This document shows, one piece after another, positions 45,126-52,993 of a stretch of 62,246 nucleotides of DNA. The stretch covers positions 1 to 62,246 of the forward strand of contig CAYMTT010000001.1 of NCBI GenBank assembly GCA_964393465.1, given 5' to 3'. Made by a program: the position numbers and the translations under genes. Within the stretch, counting starts at the first letter, position 1. Each line of letters begins with the position of its first letter. Under the pieces are notes generated by a model. That model did no database searches and was not told the origin of the DNA. It saw nothing but the letters and a program-made list of their open reading frames with translations. This stretch comes from an uncultured Candidatus Saccharibacteria bacterium (GTDB lineage Bacteria > Patescibacteriota > Minisyncoccia > Minisyncoccales > MHMH01).

Positions 45126-45397
45126 TAAACTTTGTATACCTTGTATCCTTCCCTCACTTTGTCGTCAACCTTCAATCCGACCGAATCTCCGGGTTTGGCC
45201 TTTTGGACCTTCTCATGCTCCACTTCCATGGAATCCACTTTCTGGCTGAAATCGGTTTCCCCTCCCACTATCCTGATTTCATCGCCGACATTCAGTTCTT
45301 CTGAAAGTTTGATAACCGCCACTCCGATGTTTCCGAAATAATGGGTTAATTCGCCTATGAGCTTTCCTTCTTCTACTGGCTGTGGTTCTTTTGCCAT
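45125..45397 (-). CDS. Translation elongation factor-like protein (stand-alone EF-Tu domain-2-like barrel)
   Basis: 90 aa. GELTHYFGNIGVAVIKLSEELNVGDEIRIVGGETDFSQKVDSMEVEHEKVQKAKPGDSVGLKV. Confidence 0.7.
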   Translation of the reverse strand: MAKEPQPVEEGKLIGELTHYFGNIGVAVIKLSEELNVGDEIRIVGGETDFSQKVDSMEVEHEKVQKAKPGDSVGLKVDDKVREGYKVYKV

Positions 45398-45414
45398 AAT
45401 TTTATTAATATTTT

Positions 45415-45963
45415 TTATTTCCGACCTTTTTCTTTTTTAATCTCTTTGATCAGCTTTTGGACCAATTTTTTGGGCTCGATATCGTAAACCATAGGGCCTC
45501 TTTTTTTGTGGGGGCGGCGAAGAATGTATTTTATTAGATCAGCCGTGCCTCCGGACCCTTCCAAAACGCCGATCGGTTTTTTATCCTCGTAAGCGATGGT
45601 GAACTCGTTCAAGGTCCCCATCCTTCCGCAAGCCACGATTACAGCGTCTGCGGCCCTGGTCATTAAAAGATTCCTGCCGGAATAATCGAATCCCGTATAG
45701 ACCACTACGTCAAACTGATCCAAGGGAAGATGATAAACTTTATCGTGCTCCAGTTCGGAAACCGCCGGAGAAAAACCGATGCTTATGCCCCCTTCTTCCT
45801 TGCAGCCTTTGGCCGCCCAATAAGGAACTCCGGTAGTGGCTCCGGTAACCAAAACCACTTCCTGACGGGCTATCTCCCTGCCTATCTCTTCTGACAGTTT
45901 TTTTATATTTTTGGAGCAGTGGCCCATTTTGGCCGCCCCGCTCACTGCAATTTTGAAACGCAT
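45415..45963 (-). CDS. TIGR00725/LOG-like (SLOG) Rossmann-fold protein
   Basis: 182 aa. KIAVSGAA, VLVTGATTGV, and CGRMGTLNEF (a PGGxGTxxE-like motif). Confidence 0.7.
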   Translation of the reverse strand: MRFKIAVSGAAKMGHCSKNIKKLSEEIGREIARQEVVLVTGATTGVPYWAAKGCKEEGGISIGFSPAVSELEHDKVYHLPLDQFDVVVYTGFDYSGRNLLMTRAADAVIVACGRMGTLNEFTIAYEDKKPIGVLEGSGGTADLIKYILRRPHKKRGPMVYDIEPKKLVQKLIKEIKKEKGRK

Positions 45964-45984
45964 ATATTTAAATTATAGCAGATT

Positions 45985-46860
45985 TCAGCCGCATTGGCAT
46001 CCCCCTTTCCCCTCTGGCTCGATGTGTATCATTATGTCTTTGACTCCGGGAAGCTCTTTTATGATTTTCTTTTTCAAAAGGCGGGAAATGCGATGGGCTT
46101 GCTCCAAAGAAAGATCCGAATCCAGGGAAACGTGCATGTCCAGAAAAACGTGATGCTGATCTCCCCGGCTCCTGATTTCATGGCAGGAACGCACGCCCTT
46201 TGTCTCGCCGACTATTCTTTTTACTCTCTTTTCGTCCACCGCGGCCTTGTCGCATAAAATTCCAGCTACATGCTTGATTATTTCCCAAGCCAGTTTTCCA
46301 AGCATTAAAATGACGGCCAAAGCGATTAAAGGATCCAGTACAAGATAGCCTTTCTTGATCGCCACCATGCCCAAAATGACCGCCGGAGTAATGAAAAAAT
46401 GGGTTTTGGTGTGCAAAGAATCTGCTATCAAAATGGTGCTTTTGAGTTTTTTGCCCTGCCTGCTTTCGTAAAAGTAAACGAAAGCGTCGACGCAAAGAGT
46501 GCCTCCCATCACCAAAAAACTCAAAAAACTTATATCGGGAGCGACCGGATTCAAAAAACGAGCGGCGGCGCTCTTCAAAAATTCGTAGCTGGCGATCAAT
46601 ATCAAAAAAGCAATGGCCAAAGCGGAAAAAGCTTCGAATTTCAAGTGTCCGTAGGGGTGCCCGGCATCTTTGGGGTGTTCGGCCGCTTTCAAGCCGAGCA
46701 AACCCAGAATATTGGACATTCCGTCAAAAAGAGAGTGAAATCCGTCGGTAAGAATGCTCAAGGCTCCGGTAAGGGAGCCGACCAAAATCTTGGCCAGGGC
46801 CACAGCCCAGTTCAGCGTCAAGGTTATTATCAATATTTTCCTGGGTTTTCGGAATTCCAT
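45985..46860 (-). CDS. Cation diffusion facilitator family transporter
   Basis: 291 aa. Six TM helices with the TDGFHSLFD motif and a C-terminal cytoplasmic domain (HHVFLDMHVSLD). Confidence 0.85.
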   Translation of the reverse strand: MEFRKPRKILIITLTLNWAVALAKILVGSLTGALSILTDGFHSLFDGMSNILGLLGLKAAEHPKDAGHPYGHLKFEAFSALAIAFLILIASYEFLKSAAARFLNPVAPDISFLSFLVMGGTLCVDAFVYFYESRQGKKLKSTILIADSLHTKTHFFITPAVILGMVAIKKGYLVLDPLIALAVILMLGKLAWEIIKHVAGILCDKAAVDEKRVKRIVGETKGVRSCHEIRSRGDQHHVFLDMHVSLDSDLSLEQAHRISRLLKKKIIKELPGVKDIMIHIEPEGKGGCQCG

Positions 46861-46866
46861 TTCGGG

Positions 46867-46939
46867 TGCGCCCGGCCTGATTCGAACAGGCGACTTCTGG
46901 CTCCGGAGGCCAGCGTTCTATCCACTGAACTACGGGCGC
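46867..46939 (-). tRNA. tRNA-Arg (anticodon CCG), CCA not encoded
   Basis: I folded it by hand: GCGCCCG-TA-GTTC-AGTGGATA-GAAC-G-CTGGC-CTCCGGA-GCCAG-AAGTC-GCCTG-TTCGAAT-CAGGC-CGGGCGC-A. It has a perfect 7-bp acceptor stem and a canonical T-loop. Confidence 0.92.
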
Positions 46940-46943
46940 GCTC

Positions 46944-46972
46944 TTTACAATTTCGTAGTTTTAGTATATAAT
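46944..46972 (+). promoter_or_regulatory. Sigma70-like promoter (TTTACA-17 nt-TATAAT)
   Basis: -35 TTTACA at 46944-46949, a 17-nt spacer, and consensus -10 TATAAT at 46967-46972. AGGAGG lies at 46990-46995. Confidence 0.6.
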
Positions 46973-47000
46973 ATAGCGTAGGAATTGCAAGGAGGAAAAA

Positions 47001-47186
47001 TTGAAAAAGAGGCACTTCAAGCTATGCTTCAGGGTTCGAGGAATATCCAAAGACCCCATGGTGATGTACAGATGGTTTTCCAACGAAGGAAGTTTTATCG
47101 CCTATGTAAAGAAAAGGTTCAAGAAAATGTATCCGCGCCAGAATCTTTTCGTCGAAATCCTGAGTATAGAAGAAATCAAGCACTAA
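47001..47186 (+). CDS. Hypothetical small basic protein (61 aa)
   Basis: A TTG start lies 5 nt after AGGAGG, with its own promoter upstream and a hairpin downstream. The sequence is MKKRHFKLCFRVRGISKDPMVMYRWFSNEGSFIAYVKKRFKKMYPRQNLFVEILSIEEIKH. I recognise no family. Confidence 0.55.
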   Translation: MKKRHFKLCFRVRGISKDPMVMYRWFSNEGSFIAYVKKRFKKMYPRQNLFVEILSIEEIKH

Positions 47187-47191
47187 AACTA

Positions 47192-47215
47192 AAGCCCCTC
47201 CTCCGCGGGGGGCTT
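47192..47215. terminator. GC-rich hairpin between convergent genes
   Basis: AAGCCCC(TC)-loop-(GG)GGGGCTT. It overlaps the TAA of the methyltransferase gene and follows the small plus-strand ORF by 6 nt. Confidence 0.55.
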
Positions 47216-47903
47216 ATTTCTCGGCAACAAAATAAAGATTTCCGTGTTTTTTGCCCGGGCTTTTCAAAAGCCCGGTTTCTTTCACTTTTAATCCAGCTTT
47301 TTCGGCCAGTTTCCGCAGTTCTTTTTCGTCAAAAAGATGAACATAGCGCAAGCAGTCTCTGTTCCAAGGAACCAAAACGTCGCCCGAACCCATTTTCGAT
47401 TTCCCTAAAAACTTCAGAAAAAGAAACTTGGCTCTCAAAATCATTTCTTTCAGAGGAGGGAGCTTCCAAACGGTTACAATCAAAAAGCCTTCCGGGCGCA
47501 GAACCCTGCAAGCCTCCTTTAAAAATTTCAAACGCATATCAAAAGAAGAAATATGGTGGAAAACCCCGATGGAAATTATTTTATCGAAGGAATTTTCGGC
47601 AAAAGGCAGATCCAGGGCGTCGCCGACTTTAAAATCGGCTTCCGGATACTTTTCTCTGGCTATTTCGACGAGCTTTTCGGAAGCATCCAGGCCGCAGTAG
47701 GAAACGTTCTTTTTTTCAATCAAATCGTAAAGCCTTCCGTTGCCGCATCCCAAATCCAGAACCCTGTCTTTGGGGGAAACGTATTTTTCCAAAGACCTCA
47801 ACTCTCCCCATATTTTTTCTCTGCTTCTTGAAAAGTCTCCGGCAATGGAGTTATAATCTTTAATGGTCTTGTTCAACAGATACTGAGCGTATTTTTTATC
47901 CAT
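47214..47903 (-). CDS. Class I SAM-dependent methyltransferase, Trm9/ALKBH8-like
   Basis: 229 aa from ATG 47903 (MDKKYAQ...). The track start at 48014 would run through the elp3 start. Motif series: YNSIAGDFSRSR, VLDLGCGNG, GDALDLPF, SFDKIISIGVFHHI, RVLRPEGFLIVTVW, GDVLVPW, and RYVHLFDEKEL. Confidence 0.7.
   Translation of the reverse strand: MDKKYAQYLLNKTIKDYNSIAGDFSRSREKIWGELRSLEKYVSPKDRVLDLGCGNGRLYDLIEKKNVSYCGLDASEKLVEIAREKYPEADFKVGDALDLPFAENSFDKIISIGVFHHISSFDMRLKFLKEACRVLRPEGFLIVTVWKLPPLKEMILRAKFLFLKFLGKSKMGSGDVLVPWNRDCLRYVHLFDEKELRKLAEKAGLKVKETGLLKSPGKKHGNLYFVAEK
47828..47857 (+). promoter_or_regulatory. Candidate elp3 promoter embedded in the methyltransferase coding region (TTGAAA-18 nt-TATAAT)
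   Basis: -35 TTGAAA at 47828-47833 and -10 TATAAT at 47852-47857, 45 nt upstream of the elp3 ATG. Confidence 0.4.
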
Positions 47904-49416
47904 GAAAGTTTCAGAAGAAATAATTAAAGAATTGGCAAAAAGTCCGCAGGGGACCGATTTGTTGCGCCTTAAAAGGAAAATGGCAAAAAAGTTCAACGTC
48001 TCCTGCCCCAGCAACGTAGAACTTCTTAAAACCTACCATAAAATGGCGGCCCGAAAAAGGGTCGAACCTTCAGAATATATTGAAAACCTTTTGAAAACCA
48101 GGCCGGTCAGATCGCTTTCGGGAATCGTCAACGTATCGGTTTTAGTGAAGCCTTACCCCTGCCCGGGGAAATGCGCCTATTGCCCGCAGGAAAAAAACGC
48201 ACCCAAAAGCTATCTTAAAGGAGAACCTGCCGTGATGAGAGCGATTTTGAACGAATACGACCCTTACAAACAAGTAAAAACCAGATTGAATTCACTGAAA
48301 ATGACGGGGCATCCTACCGACAAGATAATGCTCAGGATAGTCGGAGGGACGTGGTCTTTTTATCCGGAAAAATACAAAAGCGGATTCATTAAAAAATGCT
48401 TTGAAGCCTGCAACGGCAGAAAAGAGGAAAGCTTGGAATCTGCATTTAGGAAAAACGAAAAAGCCGAACATCGCCTGGTGGGAATTTCCATAGAGACCAG
48501 GCCCGATTTCGTGACAAAAAAGGAAATAGAGAATCTGAGAAAACTGGGGGTAACCCAAGTGGAGCTGGGGGTTCAAAGCATATACGAGGACGTTTTGAAA
48601 CTGAACAAAAGAGGGCACGGCGTAAAAGAAACCAAAAAAGCCACCGAAGCCCTGAAAGACGCAGGGTTCAAAATCTGTTATCAAATGATGCCCAATCTCC
48701 CCGGCTCAACCTTGAAACGCGACGAAAAAATGTTCAAAGAGCTTTTTTCCAATCCCGATTTCAAACCCGATTTTCTAAAAATATATCCCTGCGCCGTCTT
48801 GAAAAACACCCTTCTTTACAAATGGTGGAAACGGGGAAAATACAGGCCTTACACCAAAAAACAACTGATAAGCTTGATTAAAAAAATAAAAAGGGAGATA
48901 CCCTGGTACGTGAGAATCCAAAGGATAACCAGGGATATTCCCAGCGGGGAGATAGTGGCCGGCCCCGCCAAAATATCCAATTTAAGGCAGCTGGTTTCGG
49001 GCCAATGCAAATGCATAAGATGCCGGGAAGTGAGAGGAAACTACGATCCCAAAGAAAAAATATTCCTGTTCCGCCAAGACTACGAAGCTTCAAAAGGCAA
49101 AGAAGTTTTTTTGAGCTACGAAAATAAAGGGCGCGACAAGCTTTTCAGCCTTCTACGGCTGCGCCTGACTTCCGACAATAAAACTTTCATCAGGCACCTT
49201 CACACTTACGGAAAGCTTTATCCTTTCGGACCGAAAACTCAAATTTCCCCCCAGCATAAAGGCCTGGGCAAAAAACTGGTAAGAGAGGCAGAAAAAATAT
49301 CCCAAAAAGAATTCGGGGCAAAAAAAATAGCCGTGATTTCCGGCATAGGAGTAAGGGGTTATTACCGAAAGCTGGGCTACAAGCTGAACAATACCTACAT
49401 GGTAAAAAACTTTTGA
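47902..49416 (+). CDS. elp3: Elp3-family radical SAM/GNAT enzyme (tRNA U34 carboxymethyluridine synthase homologue)
   Basis: 504 aa. Radical SAM cluster motif CPGKCAYCP, TIM-barrel region (ISIETRPD, VELGVQS), and a C-terminal GNAT (QHKGLGKKLVREAEKI...GIGVRGYYRKLGY). Confidence 0.88.
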   Translation: MKVSEEIIKELAKSPQGTDLLRLKRKMAKKFNVSCPSNVELLKTYHKMAARKRVEPSEYIENLLKTRPVRSLSGIVNVSVLVKPYPCPGKCAYCPQEKNAPKSYLKGEPAVMRAILNEYDPYKQVKTRLNSLKMTGHPTDKIMLRIVGGTWSFYPEKYKSGFIKKCFEACNGRKEESLESAFRKNEKAEHRLVGISIETRPDFVTKKEIENLRKLGVTQVELGVQSIYEDVLKLNKRGHGVKETKKATEALKDAGFKICYQMMPNLPGSTLKRDEKMFKELFSNPDFKPDFLKIYPCAVLKNTLLYKWWKRGKYRPYTKKQLISLIKKIKREIPWYVRIQRITRDIPSGEIVAGPAKISNLRQLVSGQCKCIRCREVRGNYDPKEKIFLFRQDYEASKGKEVFLSYENKGRDKLFSLLRLRLTSDNKTFIRHLHTYGKLYPFGPKTQISPQHKGLGKKLVREAEKISQKEFGAKKIAVISGIGVRGYYRKLGYKLNNTYMVKNF

Positions 49417-49419
49417 TTT

Positions 49420-49824
49420 TCAGGAACTTCTCGAAGCTTTCTTGAAAAGAGCTCCGCTAAAAACCAGAAATATAAATCCTATTACGAAAGCGTTAACCCC
49501 TTCGTTCAGGAAAGGAATTCTGGGAAGAACCTGCCAGGCTCCGTACCAGAAAAGCAGAATGCCTACGCCGGCGAAAAATCCGTATACGAAGCGGTTGCCT
49601 TGAATTTCGTGCTGCATTCTCGAAAAGTGTTTTTCCAAAACCTTGTCGAGGCGGCGCGAAACCTGTTTGGATAACTCCCCCCTTAATTCTTTTTTCAGTT
49701 CCTCGGAAATATTCTGGTGGGATTTCTGAAGCTCTTGGCCCACCTTTTTATTTATATACTTGCGGGTTTGAGGCCACTGATGAATCGGTTCCTGTTTTTT
49801 GTTTGAGGGAGGGTTTTTTTCCAT
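49420..49824 (-). CDS. Hypothetical membrane protein
   Basis: 134 aa. A charged N-terminal half and two C-terminal TM helices. Confidence 0.5.
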   Translation of the reverse strand: MEKNPPSNKKQEPIHQWPQTRKYINKKVGQELQKSHQNISEELKKELRGELSKQVSRRLDKVLEKHFSRMQHEIQGNRFVYGFFAGVGILLFWYGAWQVLPRIPFLNEGVNAFVIGFIFLVFSGALFKKASRSS

Positions 49825-49851
49825 TAATTTTCCTTTAGTGTCTTCATTGTA

Positions 49852-50418
49852 TCACCGCGTTTTTTTCTTTGTCAAACCTAGAGTTTTACTTAAATTCTTA
49901 AAATCCTTTTCCATTCTTTTTTTAAATTTTAAAAAGCGCAGGCCGGCGGCCGGATGATAAGTGATGAAGTAAGCCCGTCCGTTTTTTTTGAAAACTTTGC
50001 CTCGTTTCTTCCAGAAGTTAACGCCCAAAACCGTATCGCAAGCCACTCTTCCAAGAAGAACGACGGTTTCCGGATTTATCAATTCCATTTGTTTTTTCCA
50101 CCAAAAAGAACAAGCTTTCAATTCCCCGCTTTTGGGCTTTCTGTTCAAAGGGGGTCTGTGTTTTATAACCGAAGTTATGAAAACTTTCTTCCTCTCTATG
50201 CCGCTTTTTTCAAACAAAAGATCCAGAAGCCTGCCGGCTCGGCCCACGAAAGGCCTGCCATTCAAATCCTCCTGCCTGCCGGGAGCTTCTCCCACGAACA
50301 TTATTTCCGCGCCGGAGGGACCTTCTCCGGGAACAGGATTCCGCGTCCCTTTCCATAAAGGACAAAGCCGGCAAGAGGAAATCTGCCGGTCGATTTTTCT
50401 CATTTCTTTTTTTTCCAT
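49852..50418 (-). CDS. Uracil-DNA glycosylase, family 4
   Basis: 188 aa. CRLCPL and GEAPGRQEDLNGRPFVGRAGRLL motifs, plus HPAAGLR near the C-terminus. Confidence 0.88.
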   Translation of the reverse strand: MEKKEMRKIDRQISSCRLCPLWKGTRNPVPGEGPSGAEIMFVGEAPGRQEDLNGRPFVGRAGRLLDLLFEKSGIERKKVFITSVIKHRPPLNRKPKSGELKACSFWWKKQMELINPETVVLLGRVACDTVLGVNFWKKRGKVFKKNGRAYFITYHPAAGLRFLKFKKRMEKDFKNLSKTLGLTKKKTR

Positions 50419-50509
50419 TTGGAAACTTTCTGATGCTGCTGATAATGAAACCTATGGGGAGTCCTGTAGGCGGTTTTCCCTCTCTTTGCCCTTTTGGAGG
50501 AATATTTTT

Positions 50510-51631
50510 TCATAGTCTCTTTTTAAGCCTGGAAAAAGCGGCTTCTTTTTCTCTAAGGGAAATTCCGCTTTTTTTTATCCCTCTGGCTATAATCTGCAGG
50601 GTTTTATCGTAGGTCTCCCTGTCCACCGGGAAAGGAGTGCTGTCTTTTCCTCCGTGGGCGAACGTATAGCGGGCCGGATCCTCATAGGAAGGTTTGGCCC
50701 CGTAGATTATTTCTGCCACCAAAGAAAGAGCCCTAACGGTCCTGGGGCCCACTCCCTTTAAAGCCAAAAAGCTTTCGAAGTCTTCCGGTTTTCTTTCGGA
50801 AGCCGAAAATATGGTCTTTTCCAGCCTTTTCAGGTCGAACTTTTCCTGAACCACTGGATGCCAATGGAATTCCCTGTCGTAAAGTTGCATCATAGTCAGA
50901 TTCTTGGATTGCCGAGTCTGGATAAGGTTCAGGTCTTTCAGAAAGGTCTTCGGCTCTTCTTTGACCATGGCTCCGCTTATCTCTCTGTTTTTTTCGCTTT
51001 CTTGGGCTACCAGATTCAAAGGATTGCCTTTCAAAGAGGAAATGATTCCCGAATGAGGCTCCCGGATGAAATCGGTTTTTTCTTTCTGCCGGGATAAGCC
51101 CGATGAAATCCAATGGTAGCGGCGGGCAGTCTGATTGCCGATATTCATTCCCTGTTGAACAACAGCCCAATCTCCCGATTTTGTGAAAAGAAAATTATGC
51201 TGGTAAATCTGGTATTTGTCCTGAATCAGGGAAGAATCGACCTTAGCTGCCATTTTTGAAGCGTAAATAAGATCCGGAGCGAAAGAAAAGCGCCTGGATA
51301 TGCCGTAAGCTTCTATTTCGGAGGGAGTTTCCCTGGAAGCCTTCTTTCCTCCGCAAACATAGATCCCCAACCGGTCCTGAATGTCAAAAAGACCGGCTTT
51401 TAAGGCTCCCAAAGTGGTAACCGTCAGCCCCGAAGAATTCCAATCGAATCCAAGAACGCAGCCGAAAGACTGGAACCAAACGGGATCGGAAATCCTTCTT
51501 AAGAATTCTTCCGGTCCGAACTCCTCTACCACGGCCGCAGTTATCCCTTTCGAAAGATTTTTCATCCTTTCGAAAAGCCAGCGGGGGCATTTTCCGTAAT
51601 CCAAAGGAACTGTTGCTATACCGACTCTCAT
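50510..51631 (-). CDS. DUF763 domain protein
   Basis: 373 aa. N-terminal ATVPLDYGKCPRWLFERM..., and a helix-hairpin-helix-like LKGVGPRTVRALSLVAE near aa 290. Confidence 0.75.
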   Translation of the reverse strand: MRVGIATVPLDYGKCPRWLFERMKNLSKGITAAVVEEFGPEEFLRRISDPVWFQSFGCVLGFDWNSSGLTVTTLGALKAGLFDIQDRLGIYVCGGKKASRETPSEIEAYGISRRFSFAPDLIYASKMAAKVDSSLIQDKYQIYQHNFLFTKSGDWAVVQQGMNIGNQTARRYHWISSGLSRQKEKTDFIREPHSGIISSLKGNPLNLVAQESEKNREISGAMVKEEPKTFLKDLNLIQTRQSKNLTMMQLYDREFHWHPVVQEKFDLKRLEKTIFSASERKPEDFESFLALKGVGPRTVRALSLVAEIIYGAKPSYEDPARYTFAHGGKDSTPFPVDRETYDKTLQIIARGIKKSGISLREKEAAFSRLKKRL

Positions 51632-51673
51632 CTTATCTATTCTAACAAAAAACCGGCCTTGGAGCCAGTTTAT

Positions 51674-52903
51674 TTATTCCGATTCTCTGGCTGCTTTTCC
51701 CAAAGCGTACTTGGTCAAAGGAGGAGCTACCAGTTCGTTTATAACCACCGAGGCCAGGACGGCGTTAATCAGGATTTCGGCAATCCCGGAAAGCTGGGGA
51801 TTCTGGACAACGAGCATGGTCAGGCCCAGAGTGACTCCGGCTTTCGGAAAAAGGGCCAGGCCCAGATATTTTCTTACGACGGCGGGAGCGTTGGAAATTT
51901 TAGCTCCCGTCCAGACGCCGAAAAATTTTCCGCCGCACCTTCCCAAAACTATCAAAACTGCCACCAATCCGGCCGCTTTCAATATTCCCAAATCAAAATG
52001 GGCTCCGGCCAAAGTGAAAAAAAGCGCATAAACCAGTATTTCGGCGTCGCCTATGACGTCTATCATTCTGTCTTTGGCTTTGGTCACGTTGACCACAATA
52101 AATCCCAAAATCATTGCCGCCAGCAACGGCTGAAGTCCCAACTGCTGGGCCAAACCGGCGCAAAAAACCACGGCCCCCAGAACCAAAGCCAGAGTTTCAT
52201 TTCTTTCCTTCAAAAAAGCGCTTAGTTTTATCAAGACAAAAGCCACCAAAGCCCCCAAGCCGAGAGAAAGCGCTATTTCCAGCCCTACTTTTCCCAATTC
52301 TTCAATCAGGGAAAATCCGGCCTGGGCTCCGGTCAAAAGAACGGCGAAAGAAGTGGCGAAAATGAAACAAACGATGGCCAAAACGTCGTCCAAAGCCACC
52401 ACTCCGAAAAGAAATGTTTTAAAAGACCCCTTGGCCTTGTTCTCATGGGCTATGGCCACAGTCACCGCGGGAGCGGTGGCCAGAGAAATGGCTCCCGCCA
52501 GAATCCCTAAAGCCAAATAGGAGTTCAAATCAATGTTCAAAAAATTCAACCCTTCAAAATAAAGGGCCGCCAGTCCAAATAAGGATATTAAAAAGGTTAC
52601 GGACAGCCAGGCGCCGATCCCTTGAAAAAGAGTGACCAAAGGCAGGGATTTTCCCATTTTCTTGAGTTCTCCGACAAAAAGGTTCCCCCCTATGAGATAA
52701 GCTATTACGGCCAGGGCTATGGGAGTGACTATTTCTGAAATTCCCTCTATGGTTTTAGAAGAGAATATTCCGGAAACCGAAGGGCTCAAGAGCATTCCAA
52801 TCAAAATGAATCCGCTTATCAGGGGAAATTTTATCTTTCTTATGGCTATCCCTCCGAGCATTCCCAAAACCAAAATTATTCCGATGATTAAAAACCAGTT
52901 CAT
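51674..52903 (-). CDS. Cation:proton antiporter (CPA2/Kef-type Na+/H+ exchanger family)
   Basis: 409 aa with about 12 TM helices. The glycine-rich helices are typical of the family, and there is no C-terminal TrkA domain. Confidence 0.75.
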   Translation of the reverse strand: MNWFLIIGIILVLGMLGGIAIRKIKFPLISGFILIGMLLSPSVSGIFSSKTIEGISEIVTPIALAVIAYLIGGNLFVGELKKMGKSLPLVTLFQGIGAWLSVTFLISLFGLAALYFEGLNFLNIDLNSYLALGILAGAISLATAPAVTVAIAHENKAKGSFKTFLFGVVALDDVLAIVCFIFATSFAVLLTGAQAGFSLIEELGKVGLEIALSLGLGALVAFVLIKLSAFLKERNETLALVLGAVVFCAGLAQQLGLQPLLAAMILGFIVVNVTKAKDRMIDVIGDAEILVYALFFTLAGAHFDLGILKAAGLVAVLIVLGRCGGKFFGVWTGAKISNAPAVVRKYLGLALFPKAGVTLGLTMLVVQNPQLSGIAEILINAVLASVVINELVAPPLTKYALGKAARESE

Positions 52904-52961
52904 GATCGAACAAATTCAAAGTTCAATTTCCATATTATCAAAGACCGAGAACTTTTCCAAT

Positions 52962-52987
52962 CAAAAAGCGGACTTTCCGGCCCGCTT
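52962..52987 (-). terminator. Intrinsic terminator after the NIF3-like gene
   Basis: The minus strand reads AGCGG-GCCGGAAAGT-CCGCT followed by TTTTTGA. Confidence 0.6.
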
Positions 52988-52993
52988 TCCAAA

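Noticed and set aside
46985-47632. A 215-aa plus-strand ORF starting near the small 61-aa gene.
   Set aside because: It is out of frame with the well-signalled 47001-47186 ORF, and from 47214 onward it is antisense to the Trm9-like methyltransferase. It has no RBS.
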